From contig OZ320322.1 of NCBI GenBank assembly GCA_976226885.1, positions 47,988,001 to 48,052,000 on the forward strand: a stretch of DNA of 64,000 nt, written 5' to 3'. Both the position numbers and the translations under genes were made by a program. Under the pieces are notes generated by a model. It ran no database searches and had not been told where the DNA came from. It was given only the letters and a program-made list of their open reading frames with translations. Shown one piece after another: positions 59,648 through 64,000 of the stretch (position 1 is the first letter of the stretch; each line of letters starts with the position of its first letter). This stretch comes from Iphione sp. A-MEVVRFRX5 (Eukaryota).

Positions 59648-61540
59648 AGGTGAAATTGTATGTATATATGTAGCAAATATATAATAAAAATTGGTTAACA
59701 AAACGTCTTCTTTTAGTATACAAGACTCTATCAGCTTGTTGCTGTAGATATCGCTGTTTTCGTGTTGATCTAATAGTTCTCTAAAGTAATCAAAGGTTTT
59801 GGATATTTTTACATGTGAGGTTGTAAGGATAAGAGGAGATTTAGGACTAGACAAATGTTCAGATACTTGTTCATTGTTTAAATGGTGACTTATGAAGTTA
59901 GTATTGTGTTGCATCTTGTCTAGAGCAGGCTTTGAGAGGCTATTTCCTACAACATCCTCTGAGCTTCTGTCATTTAGCTCTAAATTTTCCTTAGGATGCT
60001 CAACACTATAATCGTCCAGATATATCAGATCCACTTGTGTGGTATGTGAATTTGTCACAGCTGACTAGTGACTGAGAGCAATTATAAGTGGTTGGTGACT
60101 GATGGCAGTCACAATTGGCTGGTTACAGATAGGAATCACAGTTGGCATGTGACAGATGGCAGTCACAGCTGTTCAGTGATAGGTAGCAGTTGAAAAATTT
60201 GAATCACTTATAATTTTGTGTTTTGATGCTCTTTTCACAGCTTCTGAAGTCTGAAGAAGCTTCTTAGGCCGACATTCAGCATTACTCTGGTTAAGTTTCT
60301 ATAGAGTTGTGTTTTTTAGCTTTCTGTTTTCACGTTTATATATATTAGGTAACTCAGGACTGTTCGAATGGCCAGTTATTTCTTTCTGTAATTTCTGAAG
60401 TACAGCTATTCGCTTGATAGCTTCCACAATATTTGGGGAAGATGTAGAATGGTATCTTCGCTTTGCCTGTTTTCCCCGGGATGACGGTAGAGTAGAGACT
60501 GGAGCATTTCTTTTCAGTGAAGACTGCTTCTTCAACTGAGAAGTCTGTCTAACAGTGGTATAATGCAGTTCCTTTATCTTAAGAGTATCTATTTGTATTT
60601 TCAGTGTCTTTGCTCACTGTAGGTGTATGATGACAATCAAAATGAAGAGAGACATTTGTTTGTAATAGACATATATTTGCTGGTGGATTAAAAACATCAT
60701 TACATATCAAATCAACTAGGATGTAGTAGTTAGACGTCTTAGGGGCGGGTAGATTACAAACAGTAGCCGCTGCAGTCTTAATACGTTCTTATATTGGTGT
60801 ATTTATGGCTACTTTTGTTGGTATTTCTACTGTTCTGAAAGGTTTATGTAATGCCTAGTTTTTGCCGATAGAACATCTACTATTCATGGGAGACCTTTCT
60901 TAGTTCTTGTACGGGATTCTTCTGTTTTGATTTACACTATTACGAATGGGACTTTGCTTGGTTGTTTGAAAGCTAGAATTGTTCATACTGTATGAAAGGG
61001 ATTCTCGTGATATTTCATATGCAGGTGTTACTTTACGATTCTTTGAATTATGTGAAAAAGATACAGTATTGTCCACAGGCTTGGGATGATTGTCATGAGG
61101 TGATGTCAGCGATGCAACAGGAGAAGTTCTTTTGAGTGATGACAATGTCTTTATTAGCGACTTTTCAAAAGAAGAAATATTTCTCTTGACTTATTTAGTG
61201 CTTCCTGGATTTATTGTTCTTACTTTTTTAGAGGTTTCAATGATACTTGGTTGTTGCCTGTTGACATTACGTTTGTGTGATGTTTTTTCAGATATCTACT
61301 ATTTCTAAAGATTGCTGTAACGATTTGTCGTTTAATGCACATTCACTGCTTTTTTGATAAGGCTTTACCTGTAGATTTCTTTGAATTCTCTGGTTCTCAT
61401 CGTCGCCAACATAAAAGGGATGCGGGTCAAGATAGTGCGTATATCTCATATACATAGAAATAGATCCCACATCACGTGGCAGGGAAGTGCGCGCACAACG
61501 TGCTATGCCACTTGGTGTGAATGAAAGGTTCACATACATG
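59648..61540 (-). pseudogene. Decayed long S/T/K/N/P-rich exon ending at a canonical donor, with an internal 27-bp (9-aa) repeat at 60050-60190
   Basis: ORFs 60299-60535 and 59630-60058 share a frame; the exon ends ATTTCACCT|GTAAGT at 59648; repeat TVTAICHQP-like occurs about five times. Confidence 0.55.
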
Positions 61541-62282
61541 AAGATAGTACTTTAAAAGTATATGTCCCGATTACAAACATATGTCTCTATTTTATTCTTT
61601 TCTTTAGTCCAGCATTTTCTCCTTCGCTTTGATCTGTGACAAGTCTCTTTCTATCCCTCTTTGATCTATCGAGACAAATACGAGACAAATTGTTGACGAT
61701 GTTCGTTTCTTTATTGAGAGTATATCGAGTTTTATAGGGAAGAAGAACTAAAATTTTCTTCTGTGTGTTTTTGGTGATTGTTACCTTTAATGTCTCTTCA
61801 TTGCAATAAGGTTTTATTGATATTTTTTTATTGAATTTCAATAAAAGACCATTGAAAAAATATGAAACATATCATCTGCAACGCACAGTTGGTTTAAGAT
61901 GTCCATTCATCCCCACGAAACATCACAGATACTAGGAGAGAATACAATGGTATAGCTGACATATGATTCCCCCTACCCTCTGACAACCCCCAAGCTTTAG
62001 GTATTAGAATGAGAGGGGATGAAGAAAGTATTTGTGTGCATTGCTATGTCTTTTTGAAAATTAAGCGAAACGTCATGTAAAAATCAGTGAAAGCAGTTCA
62101 ATTCATGCAAAAAAATCACTAGATATGAAAATAGGTGCCATCAAAAGAAACCTTCGCTTTGTGTACGTTCCACTCAAAAAAAATAATTGATTGAATCGAG
62201 CAAAATATTGGTTAATTGTAACTAATTGTAATGGTCTTTGCAATTAACTTCAGCGTAAAAACGGAATTACTGGTTGATTGTC

Positions 62283-62640
62283 TTACGAACTTCGATATAA
62301 TCTTTGAGTTTGTGATATCAGGATGGATAGATCGTCTACATACAGGGTCGATTCACAGCCCTTTGATAGATAGTTGACGACGTCGTCGACAGCCAACATG
62401 AAGGTGGTAGGATCGAAAATAGAGCGCTGAGGTACACCTTGATCGATCTTCTTCAATATAGATGTGGTTCCAACGCATTTTGCGAACTGTTGCCGGTTTG
62501 TCAGATAGTTTGTGATAAGCTTGCGCATCGATGTACCAGGCCTCGATTGAGTAAGTCGTCCAATGACGATTGAGGAAGGAACCAAATCAAATGCCTTCTT
62601 CAAATTAAAGATTAAGAAACTATAATAACTTTCTTTATTT
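62283..62640 (-). mobile_element. Second, divergent L2/CR1-like LINE RT fragment
   Basis: FLIFNLKKAFDLVP, GVPQRSIFDP..F, TLYVDDL. Confidence 0.85.
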
Positions 62641-64000
62641 AGCATCTTTTTCCTTGTCTGCAGTCTCTGGTGTTTCCTGGTGATTTGTGTCGAAACCACC
62701 AACTCTATCCTGGTCACGGCACCAAACGCATCTGTTACACAGTTGACACAAACGCAGATTTTACCAAGTTCTTGTTTTATTTTATTCAGTATAACATGAC
62801 AGGTTTTCTCTCTACTTTCTCTCTAGGTAATCTGCCTCCACCTCCTGGACTCTGTCCTCTTTCTCTCTGCCCGGTGCTTAGCGCGCATCTCCCTACTGGA
62901 AGCTCACTATATAGTGGCTGTTCTGACGTCAATGGTCATCCTATCATTATCCACTTAATCCATTGATGTCAGGCGCGCTCTTCATATAATTTTAATCCTA
63001 TGAGTTGATAATCCTAAGTGGTTAGTCACATGATCGTCGTAGATCATGTTAAGTGTGTTTGAAAGGCTATGTAAATAGGAAGGGAGTTAGAGGAGACTGA
63101 GTCTACATGTATTTAGACTCCTATCCTGCCTTCCTCTTCCCTTCATCTTATTTCAACGTTTTTCTATGCATACATACTACATTGTTATCTGGCTTGGGAT
63201 CCTTCTTGGAGACTAGACGTCTTGCGCCACTACCGGATGTGATAGACCAACTCTTTCTTATGGCTGAAGATTCACTGGCATCATTGATCACAAACTATTA
63301 GAAGTGATATGTGCCAAGCTCATCGCAGCTGCCCCACCTAAGCTATAAAGGATGTTGTTGTGTATCCAGGTGTATGACTGTACCATCTAATACCACTCTG
63401 GGGATCAGATGATCATATCGAACATTCTCTTTCGACTCCCTAATTCGAAGGAGGTAAAGTCAGTGTAATTGGATGTCCGAATTGATAATTTAAAACTGAA
63501 TGTCTTCAATTTCAGTTTAGAGAAGCAATGATAGCTGTGAACAAAGACGAAACGATGTCCAACCCTCAATATGGTGAAAAAACATTAAATACCTGCCAAT
63601 AACATTGACGTCATACCGGTCAAAAAGACAAGGATGTTGGCCCGTGATACTATATATTCGTCAAATATAAATGAGAATATCAAAAAGATGGTCAAAAAAA
63701 TGTCGTTTGTACTAAAAAGAGCAAGATACCAATAGAAAAGAATCACTTCTATCAACACAGGTGTCACACGCCCCATGAAAACTGCTGGGCACTGACTTCT
63801 TTAAAATTAACAGCGGTTTGTGAGTCATAGGATTTCGCAACCTATCATTTCCGTACGCTGTGTAGTTTGTCTTTTAGAATATATTGCCTTGGAAACTGAC
63901 TTACCACGTAAAACCTCTAATAGATGAATAGGAAGCAGGTTGCTGACAGAGGAGAACTACTGAGTAGGTCTACTAGGAGGTGTGCCGCAACCAGCCGTAA

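Noticed and set aside
63180-64000. Possible retroelement or gene fragment at the window end
   Set aside because: No recognisable motif in any frame.

Overview
AT-rich, repeat-dominated animal (metazoan) nuclear DNA with spliceosomal GT-AG introns and one assembly gap (4336-4539). It is not prokaryotic; the organism cannot be named from this sequence. Apparently intact genes: (1) a minus-strand multi-exon IRF (interferon regulatory factor) gene at about 26.1-30.9 kb whose five-tryptophan DNA-binding domain follows a ~210-aa low-complexity N-terminal extension, and (2) a 284-288-aa BTB + RING-like ORF at 15.2-16.0 kb. Two intron-containing pseudogenes absent from the ORF track were recovered by eye: ZNF143/ZNF76 (Staf)-like at 10.1-11.8 kb (+) and Polycomblike (PHF1/MTF2/PHF19) at 58.0-59.2 kb (-). 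The rest is decayed DIRS, Gypsy, Penelope, L2/CR1-like and I/Jockey-like retroelements, a TTAA piggyBac-type MITE, minisatellites, and tandem duplications from 51 bp to 4.8 kb. The most striking signal is mutational: differences between duplicate copies are almost all C:G/T:A transitions, mostly outside CpG, which suggests a RIP-like, deaminase-driven or non-CpG-methylation-driven decay of repeated DNA. All alignments and counts were done by eye and need computational confirmation.
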